NCBI RefSeq assembly: GCF_000002075.1
Contig: NW_004797332.1
Location: 298,335 to 362,250 of the forward strand
DNA length: 63,916 nt
Direction: 5' to 3'
Source: Aplysia californica
Lineage: Eukaryota
Positions within the stretch are counted from its first letter, which is position 1. Every line of letters begins with the position of its first letter. Of the stretch, positions 1 through 33,148 are shown in pieces. The translations under genes were made by a program, and so were the position numbers. A model generated the notes under the pieces. It saw only the letters and a list, made by a program, of their open reading frames with translations, searched no databases and was not told where the DNA came from.

Positions 1-924
1 ATCAAAAGTTGCCGTTATGCAACACAACTTTTTGTTGGCAAACAATCGAGATGACACAGGAGTGCATTTGAACGAATCGGTCTTTTTTTTTTTTTACACA
101 GCTCATAATATGCAGGCATTTCAGGCACTACTTGTGACTTCTCTTTATACATTACTTGCTCAGTGCCTGTAATTATCTACACAGAACCTCGTGTTTGCTG
201 TAACGAACACTCAGATTCAACGAGATTTTAGGTCAGGCCCGGTGTCACGGTAGTCACCGTATTGTACCTTACTCTTTTTTACTCACGGGACGTAAGCGCC
301 CTGTATGCCATGGGCTCTTGGTTAATGTTACTCACTTCGGGGATCTATAAAAAGTCAGACACTACACCCGGTCTCAATACATTTAGAATGCTTGCTGTCG
401 TGTGTGTTCGTCTCTAGTTTTACTGTCGTGTGTGTAGACTAACATTACACCCGGCGACCTTGTTAAATCCGCGTTCCACTGTATATCAAATTGGCCTCTG
501 CCTTGCTTCATCAAATTTGGCCTGTGGCGTTCAACATGCAAACAAAAGATCCAACTCTGCAATACTTAGGAGTCTTGTTTGTGATTAATTAGCCATTTTC
601 ATCAAATGTGATTGATTCATGACCTAGAAAAAGTCTTTGAATTTTGAGGATTTGATCTAATTGTACCAAAATGGTAGCTTTTGCCCCTCCATGAAAGAAA
701 ACCTGGCAGTCCTCAAATGTGTCAAACAAGCAATGTGCACTGATGATAATTTATAATGCTCTATGAATTAAAGACCCTCAACTCGTGGTAGCCCTGGATC
801 AGTTGTCTATTGCGTTACCCCTCGCATAGCTGCCAACTAGTTTGTAAAAACATACAACATTTAACCCCCCCCACACACACACACACTACTTGCGCCAAAT
901 GTTGAAATAACGGAAAAACGAAGA

Positions 925-1372
925 CATTTCTCTCTATGTGTACACCTATATATTTGGCTTATGTTTGTTTGTCATTTCTCTCTATGTGTACACCTATATA
1001 TTTGGCTTATGTTTGTTTGTCATTTCTCTCTATGTGTACACCTATATATTTGGCTTATGTTTGTTTGTCATTTCTCTCTATGTGTACACCTATATATTTG
1101 GCTTATGTTTGTTTGTCATTTCTCTCTATGTGTACACCTATATATTTGGCTTATGTTTGTTTGTCATTTCTCTCTATGTGTACACCTATATATTTGGCTT
1201 ATGTTTGTTTGTCATTTCTCTCTATGTGTACACCTATATATTTGGCTTATGTTTGTTTGTCATTTCTCTCTATGTGTACACCTATATATTTGGCTTATGT
1301 TTGTTTGTCATTTCTCTCTATGTGTACACCTATATATTTGGCTTATGTTTGTTTGTCATTTCTCTCTATGTA
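925..1372. repeat. Perfect 48-bp minisatellite, ~9.3 copies
   Basis: Unit CATTTCTCTCTATGTGTACACCTATATATTTGGCTTATGTTTGTTTGT starting at 925, 973, 1021 ... 1357. Confidence 0.97.
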
Positions 1373-1465
1373 CGTCCTTTGGGTTTCAAATTGATATTCA
1401 TATTAGTATTGTTAGTGAGACCGTGGCGCAGGGATTTTCAGCTATTTAAAAAAAAAGTGGCATCC

Positions 1466-1966
1466 CTGTAAGAGCGCACGGGACACACGATTAAATATTT
1501 TCAGTTTGTAGGAACTTTTTAATTTTGCCCCGGTGGTCGCCGAAGCCTACTCTTAGCGATTTTCCAAGATTTTTCACCCTTGTCTGAGAAGGCTAGGTGT
1601 AGATCTTTCTTACCTGAAGATCAGGGTTGTGGCTGAAAGTAGACAGCAGTAAGAAGAAAGCCAAGGAGTAGCAGTAGACACGCTGCAGATGAGAAAGAGT
1701 CCGGAGCCTGGGGGGTGGGGCTGATAGACAGCAGTAAGAAGAAACTAAGGAGTAGCAGTAGAAAGGCTTCAGAAAGAATCAGGAGCCCAGAGGAGGGGGC
1801 AAAGAGGGGGGGGGGGGGGGGCAGAAAGTGGAGACGAAAGCAGGCGACAGAACATTGCTAGAGAGCAGGAAAAGAGGTGAACGGAGAGGATTTTAGAGAA
1901 GAAAATTTTCCCCTTGCTACCCGGATTCGAACCCAGGACATTCGAATGAGAGGTGAACACCTAAGC
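1466..1966 (-). mobile_element. tRNA-derived Nin/Deu-domain-like SINE
   Basis: Reverse complement of the 36892-37408 element; B box GGTTCGAATCC near 1923-1933. Confidence 0.85.
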
Positions 1967-2400
1967 GACACCCAACTTTATTTACATCAGACTATGTAAC
2001 GAACGACACGCACCGTCTGAGACAACCGATCTTCTCCTTGACAATGGGTGGCTGTTTGGGGCAATTTTGTGATAAATTCCTGACAGGGATTTTGGAAACT
2101 TCACCCACATGGAACATCATTCCGCCTCCTCTCAACATAAAAGGTATGACAACACACACTGCAGAAAAGCAGGAAAGGAGACGTGGAGATGGTCAACACA
2201 TTATTTTTGATTTTGGGAACAAAACGTACACACAGACTGTGTACAGGATTTAGACTAGTATTACATTTCTTCTCTCTTGGATCTTTTTTTTGGGGGNNNN
2301 NNNNNNNNNNNNNNNNNNNNNNNNNNNNNNNNNNNNNNNNNNNNNNNNNNNNNNNNNNNNNNNNNNNNNNNNNNNNNNNNNNNNNNNNNNNNNNNNGGGG

Positions 2401-2900
2401 GTTATGGGGCTCGCAACAGCATACGGTCATATGAGCGAGCGGGACTCACCAAACATTTTCAGTTGGTAAGAAATTTTTTATTTTTGCCTGGGTAGCGGGC
2501 GAAGCCTACTCTTGTCGATTTTAGACCACCTGACCAAGGATCTCGTGCGCAACTTGCCCACGGGACCTCCAACTCCAATATTTTTCGCCCTTGTCAGAAG
2601 GCTAGGTGTAGATCTTTCCTACCAGATCAGGGGAGTGGCTGAAAGACAGCAGTTAGAAGGAGCCAAGCAGTAGCAGTAGAAAGGCTGCAGAAGCTTTTCA
2701 TCTCCCATCCTGGTGGGGGAAGAAATGGGAGACGAAAGAAAACAACAGTATATTGTAACTTGTAAGTAAGCGAGAAACAAAGAAGGTGACAGGAGACAAT
2801 TTTAGAGAAGGAAATTTTTTGGTCACTACCCGAATTCTAACCCGGGACCTTTGAATGAGAGGCGAACACCTTAAACCTCCAGGCCACAAGAGAGCCCCCC
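2401..2900 (-). mobile_element. tRNA-derived Nin/Deu-domain-like SINE
   Basis: Same family; head GGGGGCTCTCTTGTGGCCTGGAGG, stem-loop tail near 2405-2436. Confidence 0.85.
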
Positions 2901-2987
2901 TCTAGATATTTTTGAGTTTGAGAACTTCACTTTAAAATAAAATTAAAACAACCAAGATGTACGCAAAATACAGATTTTCCATGGAAA

Positions 2988-2993
2988 TTTATT
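2988..2993 (-). terminator. Candidate distal MBTD1 polyadenylation signal
   Basis: AATAAA on the minus strand at the end of a long U-rich (minus sense) stretch; several more proximal candidates exist. Confidence 0.3.
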
Positions 2994-5900
2994 AAACATT
3001 TTCATTCAATGACTCAATGGATGGCAAGGAACAGAATTAAGGATATACCACTACCAATAACCAGAAATTATGGCCTTTAAATTGTAAAAAAAGCTAGACA
3101 TAACAAATCAAACGACAGTTCAGAAGCTTTATTAGAGATTTTCCCTTTCTAAAATGTGTTCCCGGTGTGCGACCCATTCTACATATGAACAGTTACGAGA
3201 GCGCAAATATAATGCCCGATTAAAAAAGAAAGTTTATGATACCTTGCAATGACGACACCGCAGTGCCAAATGCAAAACAATCACAGCCTATACTTCCAAG
3301 GACGGTGCTAAATGACAATATGAAAACAAAAACAATAACCCACACTGAAGGCAATTCATAACGCTGAAGCAAATGAACGAAGTGGCTTATCATGTACAAT
3401 ATTTACAAGTGGCATGTCAAAACATCAGAACCATTTGAAAAAAGTAAAAATATTCATTTTGGGACTTGCATCCTCTTGAAAAGAGTTTAACAGCATTAAC
3501 AGTCAACAGTGCAGTCCTACAACTGCAACTGTCACCAAGAAAAAACAACTAACGAACATGATCTATTTATCTAATGATAGAAATATAAACATACTAGTTA
3601 TGGCTATATGGGTGTACAGATTGCACACTCGCAGTGATATTTGCATCTTCTTTTTCAAGAGCTAGATATTATAAATTATGAACTTCAGCAGTCGCTACCT
3701 TTCATTTAATTTTTAAAAGCTAGTTTTATATAGGAGTAGGATGGCATATATGTGTAAACTTGTGTAAAGTGGAAACCTTATATAACAGGGATGGTGGGAC
3801 CAGAGAAAAAGTCTCCCTCCCCCACTCTCTTTACATTCACGCTCCCTAAGACTAGTGTGAGAGAATCTGAAACTGAAGTGCGCTATTGTGTAAAGTAACG
3901 ATTTGAAAAAAAACAACTGGTGTTCACACAATTTATCACGCTTTACAAAATTACAAAGAACTGATATTTTTCTTTTCTTGTATTACTGCAAACGATTATG
4001 TGCAATGTGATGCTGTGACATTATTAGGTTTTTAGCGTTACTGTGGTGGTAATCTTTTGATTAATCGAATAATGGGCTATACAGTATACAGTACGATGCA
4101 GGATTCACATTAGAAAAAGAAAGAATGATCTACAGAACCCATTTAACAGATAACAAAATGGACATGTAATCTTACTCTTAGTCTTAGACTGACACTGGAT
4201 ACAGGATTATGATTTGATTAATCTCTTGCATATATATATATTGAAAATTAATTTTTTCGATGTTGCAGGAAGAACTATAGAATCAGGAAATCTTTAAAAT
4301 TAACACAACTGCATGTTTCAGTAGAGTCTTGTCTTGTGACACATTCAACATCCGCCTTTATGGTCCTATTGCTTGTTACCCATTCAAGTTTTGATCTACA
4401 TCAATTTGCAGCAAAATATCTTGCGAATGCACCAGTCACAGCAATTCATTAAATTGGCTCATCCAAACACTGCTTAATAAATATGTTCACATTCACAAAA
4501 TGCTTTTGAAAAACCATCAGTTCACTTATAATAACTTTTATGCACTGTTAATGAAAATTATTCTTACTTTTCATGGGAAAAATCAATCCATCTGGAGTTT
4601 ACATAACTACAACTGTGCTTCCATACCAATATCAAAATATAAAATTGTAATATATAAGACTATAAAACCATAATGAGCTTAATGTGGCAAGCCCGGAAGA
4701 GGAACACAGCTTGTTGTGTAATTTAAGAAAAATGTTTGAAAGAGCAGAAAAATCATTTGAATCCTAATGAATAGATGCAAAGATTATATTTAGTAAGATG
4801 GCCTTATGAATTATGGAGAGAATTCCATTAGCCTAAATTAATTTTCTGTAGAAAGAAAGATTTCTACTATGTGGGTACTTTAAAATGCGGCCTGAGAAAG
4901 TGTGGAGTATTATTTTATCACTGTCATGATTTCATTCGATATCTTATGCAATTTCAAAAGCAATGCTAAAACAGCCAAACTGTTAAAAACTGATTGCAAT
5001 GGTAGTTTCAAAATCAATTGATTGAGGTGTCAAAAGTTTTTCCCCCCAATAGATCACAGACTCTTTTTCGCTTCCGCCTTCACAGAAAGAAGCAGCAATT
5101 TCCAGCCCATTGGAAAAAAAGAAGTCAAGTATGTAGACTTTTTTCCATCCACCAAATATTCGGATATTAAAGAGCAAATGGGAAAAAAACCAACTGATTT
5201 TCTATCAAAATACATGTATCACCCTTCGCAATGACAAATAGCAGCAACATCAGTAAGTAAGTGAAACAAATCAAAAAGCAAATGACAAAATGGCCTGCAG
5301 TAATATTGAAAGTTATCTTAAATAATGCCCTTTTGAAAAAAACCACTGGCATTATACAATATTATACAAATCAGACCTTACAGCAGGTTTTTCCGGGGAA
5401 ACCCCCCCCCCAACATTAATGTTAACTTCCCACGTCAGCAGCAGAGCATACAGGTTCAGATAAGTGTTGGTATTGGTCAGCCCTAATGTGAACAAACAAA
5501 AAGGATGACTATGATGAGCATCAAGCACTGGCCCAGTATGCACTTTAAAAAGATCGACTGACAAATCAGGACGAAACAGAGTAACAAGGTATTATCTCGG
5601 TTACAATCACTTTTGTTGAGAGTTCAAAGTTTTCACAGACTATATATATATATATATATATTCTGCCCCAAGTGAAGAACAAAATTAACAGCGTTACACG
5701 ATAAAGGAATAGGAAGTTCTAAATTTGACAGAATACAGTTGAACCTGCTCTACTGGCTACCTGTACAAACAACCACTTCCCACCTTGCGTTTTTTTCTAT
5801 ATTTTAATGACACTGTACTAGTAAGACGTCCAGAAGGATGGCTGTCTTGGACAATTTCGACTGTTGGCCTATTTGAATTCAACGAGGTTGTAACTGTTAT

Positions 5901-8264
5901 ATTTCTATATCAGTAAATGAAAGAATAGGTAGTCAAACTTTTACATAATATGATGCAGGGAAAGTGCACGGGAAGGCCCCAGACACGGAGTTAGATCCTT
6001 GTTAATTTGGGACGGTAAATGATCTGGTGATAGTGATAGTAATATGATTCTAAAGGCAAAGCACAAATGAACAAGACAACCAGAAATACAGACAAAAATC
6101 AAAACCACATAGCACCGAAAATTAAATTTTATAATAAATTGATTAAAAAAGTCTCAGGTGACATTACTCAACAAACTGGCAAGGGACAAAAAAAAAATAC
6201 CCCGTTGTATGTGGAGCCGGCTTTTTAGAGATCTTGAACTAATACATCTGAATCATAAAGACATGGCTACAAAACCTACCCCCCCCCCCCCCAACCCCAA
6301 CCAAAATTAAACTGCTAGGAACATTAGCCCAATGAGTAAAGACAACATGTAAGCACACCCTGGAATACCATCATTGTTTCTTTTTATTTTTAAGTACCCA
6401 AATAAATGTGTATCTTTTCAGACTTTTTTTCTGTCTCGATATTAAGAATTTGAATTTTGACAACATACTTCTTGAGCACAAGACCTATACCGCAGACAAA
6501 AAAACCGCAATTTAAAAGACAAATCTAGATTCTGGGCTAGTACTTCTCAAGTGCTGACTGAAAATATATTGTTGCAAATAACTTTCTGGGGGCAAAACAG
6601 CTCCCGTCCACTAACACAAAAGGACAGTAACAAATTCCAGATGGAAAATGAACAAGGAAGATGAGCTTAGGAACCGTCAACACGGAAGCAAATTGTGTAG
6701 ATCATTCCGAACGCCTTAACACCAGAAACATCACGACCAAATTACAAGATACAAGTACATCTAGTCTAGCTCTTACTGAGCTTTGCTGACGAAAAAAAGG
6801 ACGATGAAAGCAGCAAGTAATTTTTTTCTCATCAGAAAAAAGTAGACCAGAAATAAGGAATTGAAAAAAATGTGGGGAACAGACATTATTGTTGGCGGCC
6901 TGAGCCCATTTGTTCACATAAAATTTGCACATCAGCTGTACAGTGCTCATTTGATAGGGAATTTGAGATCCAAAAACAAAATAAAACACAAAAGCAAGAC
7001 CTAACAAGCACAAAAATTCTTCATTTACAAGTATTTAATTATTATATTAAAAAAACAAACAACAACCCCAAAATTCTAAAAGGGAAAATAATTAAATAGC
7101 AAAAATAATGTCAGAAAGACCAAAAACAAAAAATTAAATTCTTTGCAACAGTATTGTGTCTTTAAAATGAAAAAGGTGCGATCAATTTATTATCAGGTTC
7201 ATTGAATAACAACCTGTAAAAAGTAACAAGAACATCTTTTAAATGCTCACCGCATATTCAAATTCTTTAACTATTATATATTAATATATAAAGCATCAAC
7301 ACCCCCCCCCCCCCCCAAAAAAAAGCATGCAGTAGCATTGTTCTGGTTTCCCAGGCACGGAAATATAGATTGCGTATAAGATCAGGTAGGTAAATTCAAG
7401 GACACATTCACACAATTTTCCTTCCATACGGTGGCATCACCACACAAAGAGATACCACTAAAGCCGCACATGTTATTGTTGCCATATTTTTTTGTCCTCA
7501 AAACATTAATTCTTGGTCATTAACAAGTGAACCAACCCCAGCAGAATAATATCGCCTCTCCTCACCCCCTCCCTGAAACAAACCCATTCAGTTAAATTGC
7601 ATACCAAAATTCACTGATAGAATCATATTACTCACTTATGCATAAGCATTGACATCAAACAATCAATATATATATTATTTTCCAACTTCTTCAATGGTTT
7701 TAGGCACTTTTCATTCTATCGTACTTTCAAACTGGAAAACGGTTTTCGAAAGGGGCATGGCATTTATTTGTTTTTGACACACTCCAAATAACAGCAAAAC
7801 TCCAATAACAACGATTTGGCTTAGCGACAGTTATAAATTGAGCTGCAAAAAACCCCCCCAAACAAGCAAACAAAAACAGTAACCGTAATAACATGGGACA
7901 GAAAATATCACCATGTAGGGACCTTAAAAACTCAGGTGGGAATCCCTAAAAAAGAAATAAAAGCAAAGCTCAAAACATTTTTACATTGTAGAGTTCTTTC
8001 AGTATCACATTCAGCAGCGTAGGAGTGTATTGTATATATATACAGTGTACATGTTAGAGTATGCAGTGGATTATATCAATCTAGTTTGATTCATTTACTT
8101 GCAAGAAAAACTGTACTGTACACTGTGTTTAAAAATATACAACTACTATGTAGGAGACATAAACCTTTAGACTTATACAGCACTTGCCCATCGCAAGCTT
8201 TGACAATTAAATACTTCTGAATGTCAGCACAAAACTATTTTCTGAGCTCATAATCTTTTAACGG

Positions 8265-9130
8265 TTAGTTTTAGTACAAGTCTACGAGTATGCACTTGCA
8301 ACACAATTAGGTCATAAGAATGCCGAAGATTAGAGGTGTAACTAGAGAATAAGATACAAAGTAAAGGAGGAGGAGAGATAATGATGATAGTAGAGTTGGG
8401 GCGAGCGGACGGACAGGTTCGTTACTCGTGGACTCAGTCAGAGCAAACGTGTAACGGACGGCCATGAGAGCGAACTGCGAACCTCAAGACAGTTCATTTT
8501 TTTTGGTCCGCTTCACAATTTGACTCTCTCAGTGAGCGGACTGCGGACCTCAAGCCTCAAGTCAGTTCGTTTTTTGGGTCCGCTCCACAATTTTATCAAG
8601 AGCGGGCTGGTGAACGGACGAACTCTAGCTGACGAGATACTCGACGCGAGGTTAGACCCGCCGTCTATTGTTTGTTAATTAGACCTAGCGGTGCCACAGG
8701 GAGTGAGAGAGGCTGGTGACGTAGTACTATGAGTATGAGTGTAACCTTTCACCTCGTGCGTGGGGCACACTGTGTACGTTCCAATTATCACAAAGGCCGG
8801 GGGGNNNNNNNNNNNNNNNNNNNNNNNNNNNNNNNNNNNNNNNNNNNNNNNNNNNNNNNNNNNNNNNNNNNNNNNNNNNNNNNNNNNNNNNNNNNNNNNN
8901 NNNNTAGTATGCAATGGTAAGAGTCGCTCCCCGTCCGTCCGCCCGCTTGAACGAACTGTTGTCTCTGTCCGATGTGTAGCGAGTAGCGAACTACTCTTCA
9001 CAAGCGGACGGTTCGTTACCCGCCCGCTCGTTTGCGGGTAGTGCCAGCGAGTAGTTCGTTACTCGCGGACGCTAATTTTGCGAGCCCGATCCAACCCTAG
9101 ATGATAGATGTTTGACAGCAAAGAAGGAGC
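8265..9130 (-). mobile_element. ~190-bp headless retroposon (family B) split by a hAT MITE
   Basis: Tail at 8265-8390 and continuation ATGATAGATGTTTGACAG..AAGAAGGAGCA after 9100. Confidence 0.75.
8391..9099. mobile_element. hAT-like MITE, 8-bp TSD GATGATAG
   Basis: TIR TAGAGTTGG / CCAACCCTA; TSD at 8383-8390 and 9100-9107; subterminal GAGCGGAC and GTTCGTTACTCG repeats; contains a gap. Confidence 0.85.
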
Positions 9131-9852
9131 ATAATTTCTTTTTTAATGAAAAAGAAATCAACAAAAGAAAAAAGGAACTCATTAACTACACTAAAAACCC
9201 AATCAAAGAAAGTCCTATACCTTGTCCACTTTCATCAGTCCATCTTTAAAAAATTGTAGCTCATTTATTTACTTTCTACCTATGCCCCCGAAGTTTTGCA
9301 TTGCATTTTTGCAGACCAGCAAACAAACAAAAATATTTTATAATATATCTTGATTAAGTAATAAAAAAATGTCAATTCCTTAGTATGCAGTGACATTTAA
9401 GAAATGTCCGTTAGATTCTGTTGGTCATCCAGCTTTTAGACCCATACACAAAGACCTGATTAGATTAATTAAACAGAACGGTTTCATTTCACCTTGTTTT
9501 AACTGCGGCCAAATGAAAGTGAACAAACTATAGAGTATTATTTAGTGAATAAAATTCTACTGTCTTCATCTTCTACTCTCAATTTCAGTACATCATCACT
9601 TTCCTGTACAATACACAACAGTGCCAGATATGTACACACATATAAAAATAAGAAATACAAAGGAAAGCAAATGGATGCATACCTCCAAACATTGAACTGA
9701 ACGAAGAAAAGAAATACTACTAAAACCTAAACCAAAACAACAACAGAAAATGCCAGTATAATGTATAATGGTGATTCTCTTAATTCTCTTAAGCCACAAA
9801 ATTTGCAGCCAACTGAAAAAGGTTCATCTTTATGAGTCAATTATTACATAAA

Positions 9853-10259
9853 TATGTGAGGCATTGTGGTGAAATCAGGTGCTCGTCAAAAAATGTAATA
9901 GAAAAAACCCCGCATTTTCCCCCTCGTTTGGCAATTTTTATAGAATTATTGCATTTTGGCCCAACACCTTTAATGTCCATTGAAAAACATATTTCAATGT
10001 GGATTCAAAAGGTAAAATGATTAAAGGCACAAAAAATATAAATCTACAGTTTCTAAGCTATATGGAGATGACCAAATTTTGACAGGCATTCTCTCGCTAA
10101 TTTTACTTCTGAAACCAGGCAACCCCACCTTTTTCAATCGCAAATCAAATATTTTTTTCGTTGGAAGCAAGACAAACGAACGAGCTTTAAGATAATATCA
10201 ATAACTCTACATGTTAACAAATTTGACCAGCACCTGATTCCACTGAGCGATGACACATA
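9853..10259. mobile_element. ~350-400 bp MITE (copies 46161-46542 inverted, 57922-58261)
   Basis: Ends ATGTGAGGCAT.GTGGTGAAATCAGG.GCTCGTCAA / TTGAC.AGC.CCTGATTCCA...TGACACAT. Confidence 0.75.
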
Positions 10260-11897
10260 TTATGTAGGGCTACATTTCTAAAGAACAGCCTCTGCATTTT
10301 CCTATTCATTAGAGTTAAGAGAGTATCTAAAAGCTCAGCTCATTTCACATTTAATGCTCAATTCCTCTGACACCCCCACCCCAAAACAAGACATCCCGAT
10401 ACAAAAAACTTAGAATGAGCCTTCAGAAGAAAGTGCTACAGAAATATGAGTGTGGACGTTACAGTCTACAATACTATGACATAAGACATACAGACGGGTA
10501 CAGAAGCACAGAACACAAATAAAACAAAAATTGCAGTAAAATATAGGTCTACTTCTACAAAATATAGAAACAATAAGAATAAGATAAGACTTGACGCTAA
10601 TAACTAATAGGTACACAATACTAGAAACAGAATGTGTTCTCAAAAAGTAAGCAAATCTGTAGGATGGTAGTACAATAAGCACATTTCCACATCATAATCA
10701 GAAATACAGAATCTTTCTTATCCAGAAATGGTAACAAAAAAGAAAGAAAAGTCCAGTCCTCTTGTCTAGCAAGAGGGAGGATAAAAGTCATTCTGTAGAA
10801 CGGAAGATCGCCATCACAATTTGGTTCAATTTCCGTCTTCAACAAAGCCTAGATATGCATAGTAAAATAAATAGCACACCAAAAATACTTAACAAATCTT
10901 TCTGTCAGAAGTCACTTCTACTGACAACATCTGCACTCCCAAGTCCTGTGTGAAATTAACTTAGAGTGCATGAAGCATTTGAAGTATTAAATTATCAATG
11001 CATTGCATTCTGTCCCCATGAATAAAATTTGAAAGCAAGGCAACCATTGATATATAGGGGAGCCCGCTTAAACCGAAATGTGCCGGATCAGTGGATTTTC
11101 TTAAGTTTAGCCTGGGTTTCCGTTTAGAGAGGTCGCTCAAATAGAAGGAAAAAAATAATCAGGGATTCTATTTTCTTTTGGCTTACCGCCATTTTCAGAT
11201 CTACTGTGTTCGGTTTATGCGGACTCCATTGTACCTTATCTCCTGAAGAAGAAGCAGATTGAAACTATTGGCAATCTTGGCAAGTACCCACCTGAATAAC
11301 ACCAACATGTACAGATCCTTCTTGGTGTATGGCAGATATCTGATACATAAATTGTCAGTGCATAGCGTGGTACAGCACCCATAACATGGAAAAATACACG
11401 TACAAAGACAACTATCTATGATGGAAAAAAAAAAAATAAGGAGTTCTCTCAGGATAAGTTTGACTTCAAACAACATGGCACCGAAAACTCATCCTTCACA
11501 CATGGCCCAGTACAGACCAGCCTGGTATACAGCAACAGAGAACTGGCAACACTCAGACCATATGGTGTAAATTAGAGACCTGCAGTATTTTTTTCCCCAT
11601 TCTATTGCAAAATATAGATTTGAAAATTTTAATGATTTTTCTACTTTAAGGAATAGGAAAAGGGCAAGATTAAATGCTTGCAAAACTAAAAAAAACCCAT
11701 CAGAACACAACTATATTGTAATAACCAGGTAGTTAAATCCAGGACAAATATCAAGGTTCAGAGAATTTGAATTTGATGACATTTTACCCTATCATGATAG
11801 CACGTTCTACTGTGGCAACGACACAGGCCAGGAAACGTTGGTGACAGCCATGACACTCTCCAGAAGATGGAAGCAGTTGATATCTACAGGTCACAGG

Positions 11898-32633
<20,736 letters not shown>

Positions 32634-32699
32634 GACTTTTTCACATTATCCTTGCCTCTAACACAACAAACTCAAAACAAAAACAAAAGATGCTGTTGC

Positions 32700-33050
32700 A
32701 TGTAAACTTCTGCAGCAAGACAACACAAGCATTACCAAGTGCGCATGCGTTGTGACTTTTAGCATCCTAGAAACAAGAAACGGGATTGGATATCCTGTGC
32801 ATTGAAAATAAGGGTTTCCCAAAATCTACCAATGAAAAAGCGGCATTAATTTCAAGGTCGGAAACCTCACCGGAAGCTCTAACCTTTAACCCATTAGCTC
32901 ATCTGTGAAGAAGATAGAAAAAAAAAAAGCTAGGCCTAGCAGCTGAATTAGAAAGTAGAAAGAAAGTTGTCTCCCTCTTGCGAATATTGCCAAGTGCCAA
33001 GTGCCAAAGATCTTGATCTAATACAGATCTCGAGATAAAACAACAACAAC
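32700..33050. promoter_or_regulatory. Bidirectional promoter shared by MBTD1 and WBP4
   Basis: Lies between divergent first exons; NRF1-like TGCGCATGCG 32740-32749, ATTGG 32785-32789, CCAAT 32829-32833, ETS-like CCGGAAG 32870-32876; no clear TATA. Confidence 0.7.
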
Positions 33051-33146
33051 ACTGACATTGAACAACACACTACTCTACTGCTAGACAAAAGCGTTGCTTC
33101 TAATCGAGAAAATTCTGCGCAAAAAAGTTGAGGCCAGGAGTTAAAA

Positions 33147-33148
33147 AT
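33147..33148 (+). CDS. WBP4: WBP4 coding exon 1 (AT of split ATG)
   Basis: TTAAAAAT|GTAAGT; exon 2 starts with a single G before TCA GAA TAC TGG. Confidence 0.75.

Noticed and set aside
925-1372. CRISPR-like periodicity
   Set aside because: No unique spacers, and the context is eukaryotic.
936-1471. Three overlapping 150-180 aa ORFs
   Set aside because: They result from a stop-free 48-bp tandem repeat; no gene context.
2297-2396. 100-N runs (also 8805-8904, 33751-33850) and many poly-G/C tracts
   Set aside because: Assembly gaps next to G-runs; ORFs spanning them are meaningless.
5511-5562. C box (ATGATGA) and D box (CTGA) pair
   Set aside because: Too short, no terminal stem, and antisense to the host transcript.
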